This document shows, one piece after another, positions 15,001 to 30,000 of a DNA stretch of 64,000 nt; position 1 is the first letter of the stretch; every line of letters begins with the position of its first letter. Position numbers and translations under genes: made by a program. This stretch comes from Eledone cirrhosa (taxonomy: Eukaryota): the NCBI GenBank assembly GCA_964016885.1, contig OZ024746.1, positions 95,852,001 through 95,916,000 on the forward strand, given 5' to 3'. Below the pieces are notes generated by a model. It was given only the letters and a program-made list of their open reading frames with translations. It did not search any database and had not been told where the DNA came from.

Positions 15001-18000
15001 ATCTAAAGGCCGTATTACTTCTGTAGAAAGACATGTAGCATCTCAAGATATGGCTAACATCACTTCTATAACAAGACATGTAGCATCTCAAGATATGGCT
15101 AACATCACTTCTATAACAAGACATGTAGCATCTCAAGATATGGCTAATATCACTTCTATAACAAGACATGCAGCATTTGTAGTAGATACAGGGGACATTA
15201 CTCCCGTATTGAAAAATTTAACAGCTGGAGTTACAACAATAATTCTTTCTAAATCAGGTCGTGTAGATATATCAGTTGTTAGTCAAACACCAGAACATGT
15301 ATTATCAACAAAGAAGACATCCATTATTGTTATACCAGGACTTGAAACATCAATAGATTCCTCAAGTGTAATATCTGAAGAAATAATAACTGTTACTTCA
15401 ATACTAGGAAACATAACAACTAAGGATATTGTCAGTTTTAGTTCTATACCATTTAGATCTCCGGTGAATCATTCAATTGACATATCTACATTTGTAAGTG
15501 ATTCTCATTACAGCAGTTTATCAACAGAAGCATCTTCATATATTCTTGTCACATATCCTGATCTTAGTACAATGATACAATTCCCCTGTAAGCCAACTCC
15601 ACCATCAAAATATCTACATATTAAATGTACTGGACAACAAAAATTACTTGTTTCCACTTCTCAAACATACTCACTCTGTCATGATGTTCAAAAAGATGTC
15701 ACAACAGAAATATGCTATGGTCTTCAAACAGAATTCAGTGCCATACTAACAACACTAAGTATATATCCATCATATGATTATTCATCTACATTCTATTTAC
15801 ATTATACAACTTCAATGACAGACAAATCTATATATCCAGATACAACTATGTCCTATGTTAGCAGTACACCAACAATCATGTTTCCTGACAAAACTCAGAC
15901 AGGACAGATTGATCTGTTTTATGCTTACACTACAAAACCTTTTTCTTCAGCGTATATGTTAATAGATTATTCATCTTTGAAAGAAATACAAGCTTCAAAA
16001 AAAGATGATACAATGACAGTTATCTTGATACCAGACCATGCTACATCTGGAGATACAGCAACAGTTACTGCAATAGCAGACTATGTCATATCTAGAGATA
16101 CCGTAACTGGTATCTCTCTTTCAGACCATGCTACATCTGGAGATATAGTAACTGTTATTGTTATACGAGACCATGTAACATCTGGAGATACAGTAACTGT
16201 TGTGTCTGTATCAGCTTACATAACATCTGGAGATACAATAACTGTTATCTCTCTACCAGGTAAAATCATATCTGAAGATGCTATAACTGTTAGTACTATT
16301 CCAGACCATGTAACATCTGGAGATACAACAACAGTTACTGCTATATCAGACCATGTAACATCTGGAGATACAACAACAGCAGTCACTGCTATATCAGACC
16401 ATGCCATATCTGGAGATACAACAACAGTCACTGCTATATCAGACCATGTAACATCTGGAGATACAACAACAGTCACTGCTATATCAGACCATGTAACATC
16501 TGGAGATGCAACAACAGATACTGCTCTATCAGACCATGTAACATCTGGATATACAACAACAGTTACTGCTATATCAGACCATGCCATATCTAGAGATACA
16601 TCAACAGTCACTGCTATATCAGACCATGTAACATCTGGAGATACAACAACAGTCACTGCTATATCAGACCATGCCATATCTGGAGATACAACAGTCACTG
16701 CTATATCAGACCATGTAACATCTGGAGATACAACAGTCACTGCTATATCAGACCTTGTAACATCTGGAGATACAACAACAGTCACTGCTATATCAGACCA
16801 TGTAACATCTAGAGATACAACAACAGTCACTGCTATATCAGACCATGTAACATCTGGAGATACAACAACAGTCACTGCTATATCAGACCATGTAACATCT
16901 GGAGATACAACAGTCACTGCTATATCAGACCATGCTATATCTAGAGATTCAACAACAGTCACTGCTATATCAGACCATGCCGTATCTAGAGATACCCCAA
17001 CAGTTACTGCTATATCAGACCATGCTATATCTGGAGATACAACAACAGTCACTGCTATATCAGACCATGCCGTATCTAGAGATACCCCAACAGTTACTGC
17101 TATATCAGACCATGCCGTATCTAGAGATACCACAACAGTTACTGCTATATCAGACCATGCCGTATCTAGAGATGCAACAACAGTCACTGCTATATCAGAC
17201 CACGTAACATCTGGAGATACAACAACAGTCACTGCTATATCAGACCATGCCATATCTAGAGATACAACAACAGTCACTGCTATATCAGACCATGCCGTAT
17301 CTAGAGATACCACAACAGTCACTGTTATATCAGACCATGCCGTATCTAGAGATACCCCAACAGTTACTGCTATATCAGAGCATGCCATATCTAGAGATAC
17401 AACAACAGTCACTGCTATATCAGACCATGCCATATCTAGAGATACAACAACAGTCACTGCTATATCAGACCATGCCATATCTAGAGATACAACAACAGTC
17501 ACTGCTATATCAGACCATGCCGTATCTAGAGATACCACAACAGTCACTGCTATATCAGACCATGCCGTATCTAGAGATACCCCAACAGTTACTGCTATAT
17601 CAGACCATGCCATATCTAGAGATACAACAACAGTCACTGCTATATCAGACCATGCCATATCTAGAGATACAACAACAGTCACTGCTATATCAGACCATGC
17701 CGTATCTAGAGATACAACAACAGTCACTGCTATATCAGACCATGTAACATCTGGAGATACAACAACAGTCACTGCTATATCAGACCATGTAACATCTGGA
17801 GATACAGCAACAGTCACTGCTATATCAGACCATGTAACATCTGGAGATACAACAACAGTCACTGCTATATCAGACCATGTAACATCTGGAGATACAACAA
17901 CAGTCACTGCTATATCAGACCATGTAACATCTGGAGATACAACAACAATCACTGCTATATCAGACCATGTAACATCTGGAGATACAACAACAGTCACTGC

Positions 18001-21000
18001 TATATCAGACCATGTAACATCTGGAGATACAGCAACAGTCTCTGCTATATCAGACCATGTAACATCTGGAGATACAACAACAGTCACTGCTATATCAGAC
18101 CATGTAACATCTGGAGATACAACAACTGTCACTGCTATATCAGACCATGTAACATCTGGAGATACAACAACAGTCACTGCTATATCAGACCATGTAACAT
18201 CTGGAGATACAACAACAGTCACTGCTATATCAGACCATGTAACATCTGGAGATACAACAACAGTCACTGCTATATCAGACCATGTAACATCTGGAGATAC
18301 AACAACAGTCACTGCTATATCAGACCATGTAACATCTGGAGATACAGCAACAGTCACTGCTATATCAGACCATGTAACATCTGGAGATACAACAACAGTC
18401 ACTGCTATATCAGACCATGTAACATCTGGAGATACAACAACAGTCACTGCTATATCAGACCATGCCATATCTGGAGATACAACAACAGTCACTGCTATAT
18501 CAGACCATGTAACATCTGGAGATACAACAACAGTCACTGCTATATCAGACCATGTAACATCTGGAGATACAACAACAGTCACTGCTATATCAGACCATGC
18601 CGTATCTAGAGATACAACAACAGTCACTGCTATATCAGACCATGTAACATCTGGAGATACAACAACAGTCACTGCTATATCAGACCATGTAACATCTGGA
18701 GATACAGCAACAGTCACTGCTATATCAGACCATGTAACATCTGGAGATACAACAACAGTCACTGCTATATCAGACCATGTAACATCTGGAGATACAACAA
18801 CAGTCACTGCTATATCAGACCATGCCATATCTGGAGATACAACAACAGTCACTGCTATATCAGACCATGTAACATCTGGAGATACAACAGCAGTCACTGC
18901 TATATCAGACCATGTAACATCTGGAGATACAACAACAGTCACTGCTATATCAGACCATGCCGTATCTAGAGATACAACAACAGTCACTGCTATATCAGAC
19001 CATGTAACATCTGGAGATACAACAACAGTCACTGCTATATCAGACCATGTAACATCTGGAGATAAAACAACAGTCACTGCTATATCAGACCATGCCATAT
19101 CTAGAGATACAACAACAGTCACTGCTATATCAGACCATGTAACATCTGGAGATACAACAACAGTTACTGCTATATCAGACCATGTAACATCTGGAGATAC
19201 AACAACAGTCACTGCTATATCAGACCATGCCGTATCTAGAGATACCACAACAGTCACTGCTATATCAGACCATGCTATATCTGGAGATACAACAACAGTC
19301 ACTGCTATATCAGACCATGCTATATCTGGAGATACAACAACAGTCACTGCTATATCAGACCATGCTGTATCTGGAGATACAACAACAGTCACTGCTATAT
19401 CAGACCATGTAACATCTGGAGATACAACAACAGTCACTGCTATATCAGACCATGTAACATCTGGAGATACAACAACAGTCACTGCTATATCAGACCATGC
19501 CGTATCTAGAGATACAACAACAGTCACTGCTATATCAGACCATGTAACATCTGGAGATACAACAACAGTCACTGCTATATCAGACCATGTAACATCTGGA
19601 GATACAGCAACAGTCACTGCTATATCAGACCATGTAACATCTGGAGATACAACAACAGTCACTGCTATATCAGACCATGTAACATCTGGAGATACAACAA
19701 CAGTCACTGCTATATCAGACCATGCCGTATCTGGAGATACAACAACAGTCACTGCTATATCAGACCATGTAACATCTGGAGATACAACAACAGTCACTGC
19801 TATATCAGACCATGTAACATCTGGAGATACAACAACAGTCACTGCTATATCAGCCCATGCCGTATCTAGAGATACAACAACAGTCACTGCTATATCAGAC
19901 CATGTAACATCTGGAGATACAACAACAGTTACTGCTATATCAGACCATGTAACATCTGGAGATACAACAACAGTCACTGCTATATCAGACCATGCCGTAT
20001 CTGGAGATACAACAACAGTCACTGCTATATCAGACCATGCTATATCTGGAGATACAACAACAGTCACTGCTATATCAGACCATGCTATATCTGGAGATAC
20101 AACAACAGTCACTGCTATATCAGACCATGCCGTATCTAGAGATACAACAACAGTCACTGCTATATCAGACCATGCCGTATCTAGAGATACCACAACAGTC
20201 ACTGCTATATCAGACCATGCTATATCTGGAGATACAACAACAGTCACTGCTATATCAGACCATGCCGTATCTGGAGATACAACAATAGTCACTGCTATAT
20301 CAGACCATGTAACATCTGGAGATACAACAGTCACTGCTATATCAGACCATGCCGTATCTAGAGATACCACAACAGTCACTGCTATATCAGACCATGTAAC
20401 ATCTGGAGATACAACAACAGTCACTGCTATATCAGACCATGTAACATCTGGAGATACAACAACAGTCACTGCTATATCAGACCATGCCGTATCTGGAGAT
20501 ACAACAACAGTCACTGCTATATCAGACCATGTAACATCTGGAGATACAACAACAGTCACTGCTATATCAGACCATGTAACATCTGGAGATACAACAACAG
20601 TCACTGCTATATCAGACCATGCCGTATCTAGAGATACAACAACAGTCACTGCTATATCAGACCATGTAACATCTGGAGATACAACAACAGTCACTGCTAT
20701 ATCAGACCATGCCGTATCTAGAGATACAACAACTGCTATCTTCATTACAGATTATGCTTCTGCTACATTTCCATATGCAAATGATTCAGTAAGAAATATT
20801 ACCTCCCTCTTATCATATGTTTCCAGCATATTGAGAGAAATATATCTTGACAATATTACAGAAAGTATTTCCCATTTATGTGATAGAATGAAAGATCAAG
20901 TATCTTGTGACACTACAGCATTTCCATGTGATCAAATTACAGAGAAAGTTTCATGTAATGAGACAGAAAGTTTCAATGTTAGTTCCATAATGGAGGAGGC

Positions 21001-24000
21001 GGATTACACTGATATTCCAGTAAAGGACTTTAGCATTACCCAGAAAACTGTAAGCATACTCCCACTCTTTCAACTGAAGTATTATTTATATAGTGGCAAA
21101 ATTACAACATCTATATTTTCAGATTCATATACTACAGATACTAAAACAGATACATATCTTGATTATCCTTCAACAGATTTATTTAGCAAAGAAACGAGAC
21201 AACTATCATATACGTATATCCCATCAAACTATTCACATATTGCTTTAATAACAACAGAGACTCTGCTAGATACATATACTAGAAATTATTCATATCATGC
21301 AAACATAACAACAGAAGTAACAACACAATATACTTTATCAATAAATGAATCAACTAGTGTGAGTCTGTCCCTTGACAACATTACTGAAAACATGTTGATC
21401 CTTACAACCTTAATGAAGGGAATATTTTCAACAAATATTCCAATAAACTGCACATATCTCACAACTATAATGAAAACTATATTCTCTGCACATGTCCCCA
21501 AAAATCACTCGGATCATACTAGTATGATTAAAGAAATAATTATGGGATATTTCCCTAAAACGTCTTCATATTTTATTGATGGAAAAACTAATAAATCAGA
21601 CACTCCAGTTGCCATTACTTTACACAGTAATATAATATCTACAGGAGCACCAGATGTCATTACTGTATACAGTGATGTAATATATACACACATACCAGAT
21701 GTCAGTACTGCATACAGTGATGTATTATCTACAGACACACCAGATGTCAGTATTATATACAGTGATGTAATATCTAAAGACACACCAGATATCAGTACTG
21801 TATACAGTGATGTAATATCTACAGACACACCAGATGTCAGTACTGTTGACAGTGATATAATATCAAGAGACACACCAGATGTCAGTTCTATACACCGTGA
21901 TGTAATATCTACAGACACGCCATATCTCAGTACTATATATAGTGATGAAATATCTATAGACACCCCAGATGTCAGTACTGTTCACAGTGATGTAATATCT
22001 ACAGAAACACCAGTTGTCAGTGATATGATATCTACAGACACACCAGATGTCAGTACTGTTGACAGTGATATAATATCAAGAGACACACCAGATGTCAGTT
22101 CTATACACCATGATATAATATCTACAGATAAACCAGATTTCAGTATTGTATACAGTGATGTAGTATCTGTAGAGACACCAGATGTCAGTACTAGGGAAAG
22201 TCACATAATATCTACAGACACACCAGATGTCAGTACTGTTGATAGTGTTGTAATATCTAGAAGGGCACCAGATGTCAGTTCTATACACAGTGATGTAATA
22301 TCTACAGAGGCACCAGATGTCAGTACTGTACACAGTGATATAATATCTACAGAGGCACCAGATATCAGTGATGTCATATCAACAGATACACCAGAAGTAA
22401 TTACTCTACACACTGATGTAATATCTACAAAGACACCAGATGTCAGTACTGTTGATAGTGATGTGTTATCTATAGACACACCAGATGTCAGTGATATGAT
22501 ATCTACAGACACACCAGATGATAGTACTGTACACAGTGATGTAATATCTATAGGGGCACCAGATGCCATTACTGAATACAGTGATGTATTATCTACAGAC
22601 ACACCAGATGTCAGTACTGTATACAGTGATGTAACATCCACAAAGAGACCAGATGTCAGTGATACGATATCTACAGACGCACCAGATGTCAGTACTATGC
22701 ACAGTGATGTCACATCTACAGACACACCAGATGTCAGTACTGTACACAGTGATGTAATAGCTACAGACACAGTAGATGTCAGTACTGTATACATTGAAGT
22801 ACCATCTGCTGATACACCAGATGTCAGTACTGTATACAGAAAAATACCATCTACAGAGACACCAGAAATAGGTTCTATACACAGTGATATAATATCTACA
22901 GACACACCAGATGTTAGTACTGTACACAGTGAGTTATTATCTACAGACACACCAGATGTCAGTACTATATACAGTGAGATATCTACAGACACACAAGATG
23001 TCAGTTATATACGCAGTGATATAATATCTACAGAGGCACCAGATGTCATTACTGTACACAGTGATATAATATCTACAGAGGCACCAGATGGCAGTATTGT
23101 ACACAGTGATATAATATCTACAGACACACCAGATATCAGTACTGTACATAGTGATATAATATCTACAGACACACCAGATGTCAGTTCTATACACAGTGAT
23201 ATATCTACAGACACAACAGGTGTCAGTACTGTACACAGTGATGTGATATCTACAGAGGCACCAGATGTCAGTACCATATACAGTGATATGACATCTACAG
23301 ACACACCAGATGTCAGTTCTATATTCAGTGATCTAATATCTACAGACACACCAGATGTCAGTACTGTACACAGTGACATAATATCTACAGATACACCAGA
23401 TGTCAGTACTGTACACAGTGATATAATATCTACAGAGGCACCAGATGTCAGTACTGTACACAGTGATATAGTATCTACAGAGGCACCAGATGTCAGTACT
23501 ATATACAGTGATCTAATATCTACAGACACACCAGATGCCAGTTCTATACACAGTGATATAATATCTACAGACACACTAGATGTCAGTACTGTACATATTG
23601 ATATAATATCTACAGACACACCAGATGTCAGTACTGTACACAGTGATATAATATCTACAGAGGCACCGGATGTCAGTACTATATACAGTGATCTAATATC
23701 TACAGACACACCAGATTTCAGTTCTATACACAGTGATCTAATATCTACAGACACACCAGATGTCAGTTCTATATTCAGTGATCTAATATTTACAGACACA
23801 CCAGATGTCAGTTCTATACACAGAGATATACTATCTACAGACACACCAGATGTCAGTACTATATACAGTGATATAATATCTACAGAGGCACCAGATGTCA
23901 GTACTATATACAGTGATATGACATCTACAGACACACCAGATGTCAGTTCTATATTCAGTGATCTAATATCTACAGACACACCAGATGACAGTACTATATA

Positions 24001-27000
24001 CAGTGATATATCTACAAACACACAAGATGTCAGTTTTATATTCAGTGATCTAATATCTACAGACACACCAGATGTCAGTACTGTACACAGTGATATAATA
24101 TCTACAGACACACCAGATGTCAGTACTCCATACAGTGATATAATATCTACAGATACACCAGATGTCAGTACTATATACAGTGATATGACATCTACAGACA
24201 CACCAGATGTCAGTTCTATATTCAGTGATCTAATATCTACAGACACACCAGATGTCAGTTCTATACACAGTGATATAATATCTACAGACACACCAGATGT
24301 CAGTACTGTACATATTGATATAATATCTACAGACACACCAGATATCAGTACTGTACACAGTGATATAATATCTACAGAGGCCCCAGATGTCAGTACTATA
24401 TACAGTGATCTAATATCTACAGACACACCAGATGTCAGTTCTATACACAGTGATATAATATCTACAGACACACCAGATGTCAGTACTATATACAGTGATA
24501 TAATATCTACAGACACACCAGATGTCAGTACTGTACACAGTTATATAATATCTACAGACACACCAGATGTCAGTACTATATACAGTGATATAATATCTAC
24601 AGACACACCAGATGTACACAGTGATATAATATCTACAGAGGCACCAGATATCAGTACCGTACACAGTGATATAATATCTACAGAGGCATCAGATGTCAGT
24701 ACTATATACAGTGATATAGTATCTACAGACACACCAGATGTCAGTTCTATATTCAGTGATCTAATATCTACAGACACACCAGATGTCAGTTCTATACACA
24801 GTGATATAATATCTACAGAGGCACCAGATGTCACTATTGTACACAGTGATATCATATCTACAGAGGCACCAGATGTCAGTACTGTACACAGTGATATAAT
24901 ATCTACAGAGGCACCAGATGTCACTATTGTACACAGTGATATAATATCTACAGAGGCACCAGATGTCAGTACTGTACACATTGATATAATATCTACAGAG
25001 GCACCAGATGTCAGTACTATATACAGTGATATGACATCTACAGACACACCAGATGTCAGTACTGTACACAGTGATATCATATCTACAGAGGCACCAGATG
25101 TCAGTACTGTACACAGTGATATAATATCTACAGAGGCACCAGATGTCACTATTGTACACAGTGATATCATATCTACAGAAGCACCAGATGTCAGTACTGT
25201 ACACATTGATATAATATCTACAGAGGCACCAGATGTCAGTACTATATACAGTGATATGACATCTACAGACACACCAGATGCCAGTACTGTACACAGTGAT
25301 ATCATATCTACAGAGGCACCAGATGTCAGTACTGTACACAGTGATATAATATCTACAGAGGCACCAGATGTCACTATTGTACACAGTGATATCATATCTA
25401 CAGAAGCACCAGATGTCAGTACTGTACACATTGATATAATATCTACAGAGGCACCAGATGTCAGTACTATATACAGTGATATGACATCTACAGACACACC
25501 AGATGTCAGTACTGTACACAGTGATATAATATCTACAGAGGCACCAGATGTCAGTACTGTACACAGTGATATAATATCTACAAAGGCACCAGATGTCACT
25601 ATTGTACACAGTGTTATCATATCTACAGAAGCACCAGATGTCAGTACTGTACACATTGATATAATATCTACAGAGGCACCAGATGTCAGTACTATATACA
25701 GTGATATGACATCTACAGACACACCATATGTCAGTACTATATACAGTGATATGACATCTACAGACACACCAGATGTCAGTACTGTACACAGTGAAACAAC
25801 ATTAACCACAGACATATCAGAAAGTTACACTCATGTCAGTACAGATATGTTTAGATTTACTGTAACTAGAAGAAGTCTAATAATGTACCCAACTACCACT
25901 ACTGTTGAGAAGGAAATATTTCCCACAAACAGACCATCAGAAATATATTCACATGTCACATATGATATACTTGAATCTGATACAAAGAGACCAGATATTT
26001 ATTCTGGCAGCAGCAGAGAAACTATGTTCTCCTTAGATGGACTATCGAATTATTCATATGTTTGTACTGTAGAGGGAGGTGTGTTTACTACATCAACATC
26101 AAAACATTATTTAAATGTCAGTATTGCAGGAAGAGATATGTTTACTACAGAGAAGCTTGAATATTCTTCATATATTAGCACTGTAGAGAGTGTAATTTGT
26201 ACAGAGATATCAGGAAACTATTCATGTATCAGTACAGATAAAACGTATATTTTAGCTACAGATAAGCAAGCAAAATATCCAGATAGTCAGTCATTAGGGT
26301 TTACTATAGATGGGTTTACTACAGAAAAATCAAAAAAATCAAAAAAATATTCATATGTTAGTACACATGATATAGATGAGTTTCTCTCACAAAGACCAAC
26401 AAATCAGTCTTATATTAGTATGTTAGAAAGGGTGATGTTTTCAACAGCAAAAACAAAAGACTATTCATTTGTTAGAGGAGACCTATTTACAGAAGTACCA
26501 AAATATTCACATGTAGTTACTGAGGCTGGAGAATTGTCTACAGAGAAACCAAAGAAATTTTCACATATTGGTGCATCTGACAGTGATTTTCAAACAGGCC
26601 AACAAGTTAGTTATTCAGGTGTTATTGATATAATTTCAACAACTAGGACATTAAATCATACTCTTATCCCTACTCCAGAGATAAGTTTATTTTTAACAGA
26701 GAAATCAGAAAATTTCAGTTATGATTTAACAGAGGAATTTACATCAGGATTACCAAAATATTATTCATATACCAGAACTTACGTTATTGGTGTATCTTCT
26801 ACAGAAAGTTCAAAACCTTTTCCACATATGAAATACATACTTTCTAAAAAGAAGCTAGAAAATTATTCACATGTTAGTTGGGATCTTATAGAATATTCTT
26901 CATACATACCAGAAAATTATTCACATGCGAGTACCAGAGCAATTAAAGAAGGGTTATTCTCTGTAGAGAAATCAGAACATTTAAGTACTGTAAAGAGTGA

Positions 27001-30000
27001 AATATTTTCTGTTGACAAACAAGAAAATTATTCACATACCAGTACAGACCTTATACATGTGTCTTCAACAGGGAGTCCAGAATATTATTCATATATTAGT
27101 ACAGATCTCATCAGTGTATTCTCCACTCTTACACAGGGAATAATATCGATTCTTTATTCCGATTACCAAACAAGCCATCCATATATTATTGAACCAATAT
27201 CAATCACACCAGCATTTACTGATATACCCAGAAATCATTCATCTCCAATGTTTTCACTTCCTCATTACCTTTCTGAAACAAATACAACAATTAAACATAC
27301 CTATGTCTCCTCTAATGTCACATCAAATATTATAGATATCAGTTTATCAAAATTTAACTTGTCTCTTCACTATATCATAACTAATTTCTCCCAACAACTA
27401 TCAGATAAAATTGCTGATAAAATTTCTGACTATATTAGAGAAAAATATCCATACATGAATACATCTATGATTGAAGAACTTTTAGCAGATGTTTTAACAA
27501 ACTATTCTCATCTCTTCCAAATGATTTCCAAGTCACCATTCAGTGAAACAACTCCAAAATCTTTATATTGTTGTGATGGTGTAACAAAGATGCTAAATAA
27601 ATCTACTAGTGGAAGCTATTTACAGCTCAGTAGTATGAAGACTCATGTATCTTTAGATCATATCTCACAAGATTTATTAGACCCCACAAATATATTAGTT
27701 GAGCAATCAACAGATTATGAAAAATATACCAAATACTTGCTTCATATTGAAACGACCACACATACATCCTTTGAGCCTGGTGATGACAGATATTTATCTT
27801 ATAATGTAACTCTTATATATGTAGTTACTGAGAGTACTGAAGTTACTGACATAACTCCTTCTAGTCCTGTCTATGATTATAGAAAATATAGGCTTCAAAG
27901 AATCATCAAAACAACTGCTGATTATGATTATACTAGAGGAATAAAATATATTCTTGCCACTACAAATACAACAGATGTATTTTACACAAATGACACAGTA
28001 GTCCCAACTATATTTACTAGTCATGTGATAATAGAATATTTATATGACAATGATACAACAAAAGAGATAACAATGGATACTGTTGAAATTAATGGGACAG
28101 ATACAAAGATATTTGTGAGTTATCTACCAGAATATACACCTGAAAGTGATAAATTAATAGCAGGATCAACAACCAGTTATATTATTAGCTCAGAAGATTC
28201 ATACACTGATGACACTATGAAAACAATAACAGAATATATAACATGGAAAGACACAACACAGATTTCACCATATTATATCAATGTAACATATCAAGACATA
28301 AAATATACAAGAAGAGATATATCACTAGTTTCTATAAGTATAAGATATTCAGATATGATGGATATATCAACGATATCAAGTGAAAACATTACTCATACTT
28401 CAGATATAATAGAGACTTTCTCACATAATATCAGTACAATATATCCGTTTATAAATATTACAATATCAGAGATATATACAAGTTATATCAGTACAAAATA
28501 TACAGATGTAAGCTACACAATAGAATATTCATCCATGGCTATTAATATAACATATGCAGATATGAAAGATATAAGAGCAAACATATCAGACTATTTTACA
28601 ATGAAATATTCAACTGTGGAATATTCTACATTTACAATATCACCAATCGATATCACTACACAATATCCAGATGTACAACATCCAGGAACAGAAATGATCA
28701 CTGATCACTACACCATGTTATATTCAGATATAAAAGATGTAGAAACAGAAATATCATCAAAATATTTAAGCACAATTAAGCCAGGTTTAAAGACAGAAAG
28801 TTCAAATTTAACAATAAGGCCATTACTTACCTATATAAGTACAATATATGTTGATATCCAACAGACACACAGAGATATAAAAGATATGCTAATAAAGATA
28901 CCACTGGATGATATCACAATGAGTACAAAGGATGAAACAACAGACCTTATCAGTATAAAATACTTTGTGATAGACACAAAAGCAGAGATATCAGATCATA
29001 GTATTAAAAGATATTCAGATACACATCTTATAACACCAAAGATGCTATCAGGCTCTCTCAGCCCAATACATAAGAAAGATGTAACGGAAATGTTATCTTT
29101 TAATATTAGTACAATCTATACAGATACCAAACATGTATTAACAAGAATATCATCACCAGATGATATTAAATCGACATATCCAACAATGAAAGATATAACA
29201 TTAGATTATATAACTGTCATATATCAAGATGTGAAGGATACAACAAAAAAGATATCAACAAGATATTTTCACATAACATATTCTGATAAAGAAGATTCAA
29301 AACCTCTACTATCATTAGACTATGACAGTTTAAAATATATAACCATTACTATAACAGATATGTCTTTTTATGATATCAGTACAATATATTCTGATATAAA
29401 GGATACAACTTCTCTCGTGATACCAGAATTTACAAGTACAACACATTCTATTACGGAACATATAAAAACAGGGATATCAGTTGATTATATAAGTATAAAA
29501 TACCTTGATATGCTAGATATAACAGCAGCAACAACATTAGGCAATATAAGTATAGTTTATACAACAAAACAATATAAAACACCAACTATATCACCTGTTT
29601 ATTCTAGTATAAAATATACACAAATGAAAGACGTAACAACAAAAATACCATCAGATTACAAAACATACCCAGATACAGATATACAACATATCAAAATAGA
29701 ATTGTTGTCAGGATTTTTATATACAACATACCCACCTAGAGAAGGTTTAACAACTGATATATCCTTAATAACTGACATATCCTTAATCTATATCAGTTCA
29801 AAATATTTAGATACAAAAGGAATAACACCAGAAATTTCATCAAAATATATAAGTTCTGAATATTCCAAGTATCCTGATACAAAGATTGTAACACAAGAGA
29901 GTTCATTAGAATATATAAGCTATGAGTATTCAAAGACATCATTATATATTAAACCTACAATGCAGCCTTATATCACTGCTAGAGAAACAGAAAAAGCAAT

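Noticed and set aside
16216-20745. 1509-aa antisense ORF, and similar ones at 13069-14711, 22201-25815 and 38416-42606
   Set aside because: Stop-free shadows of tandem repeats with no independent gene signals.
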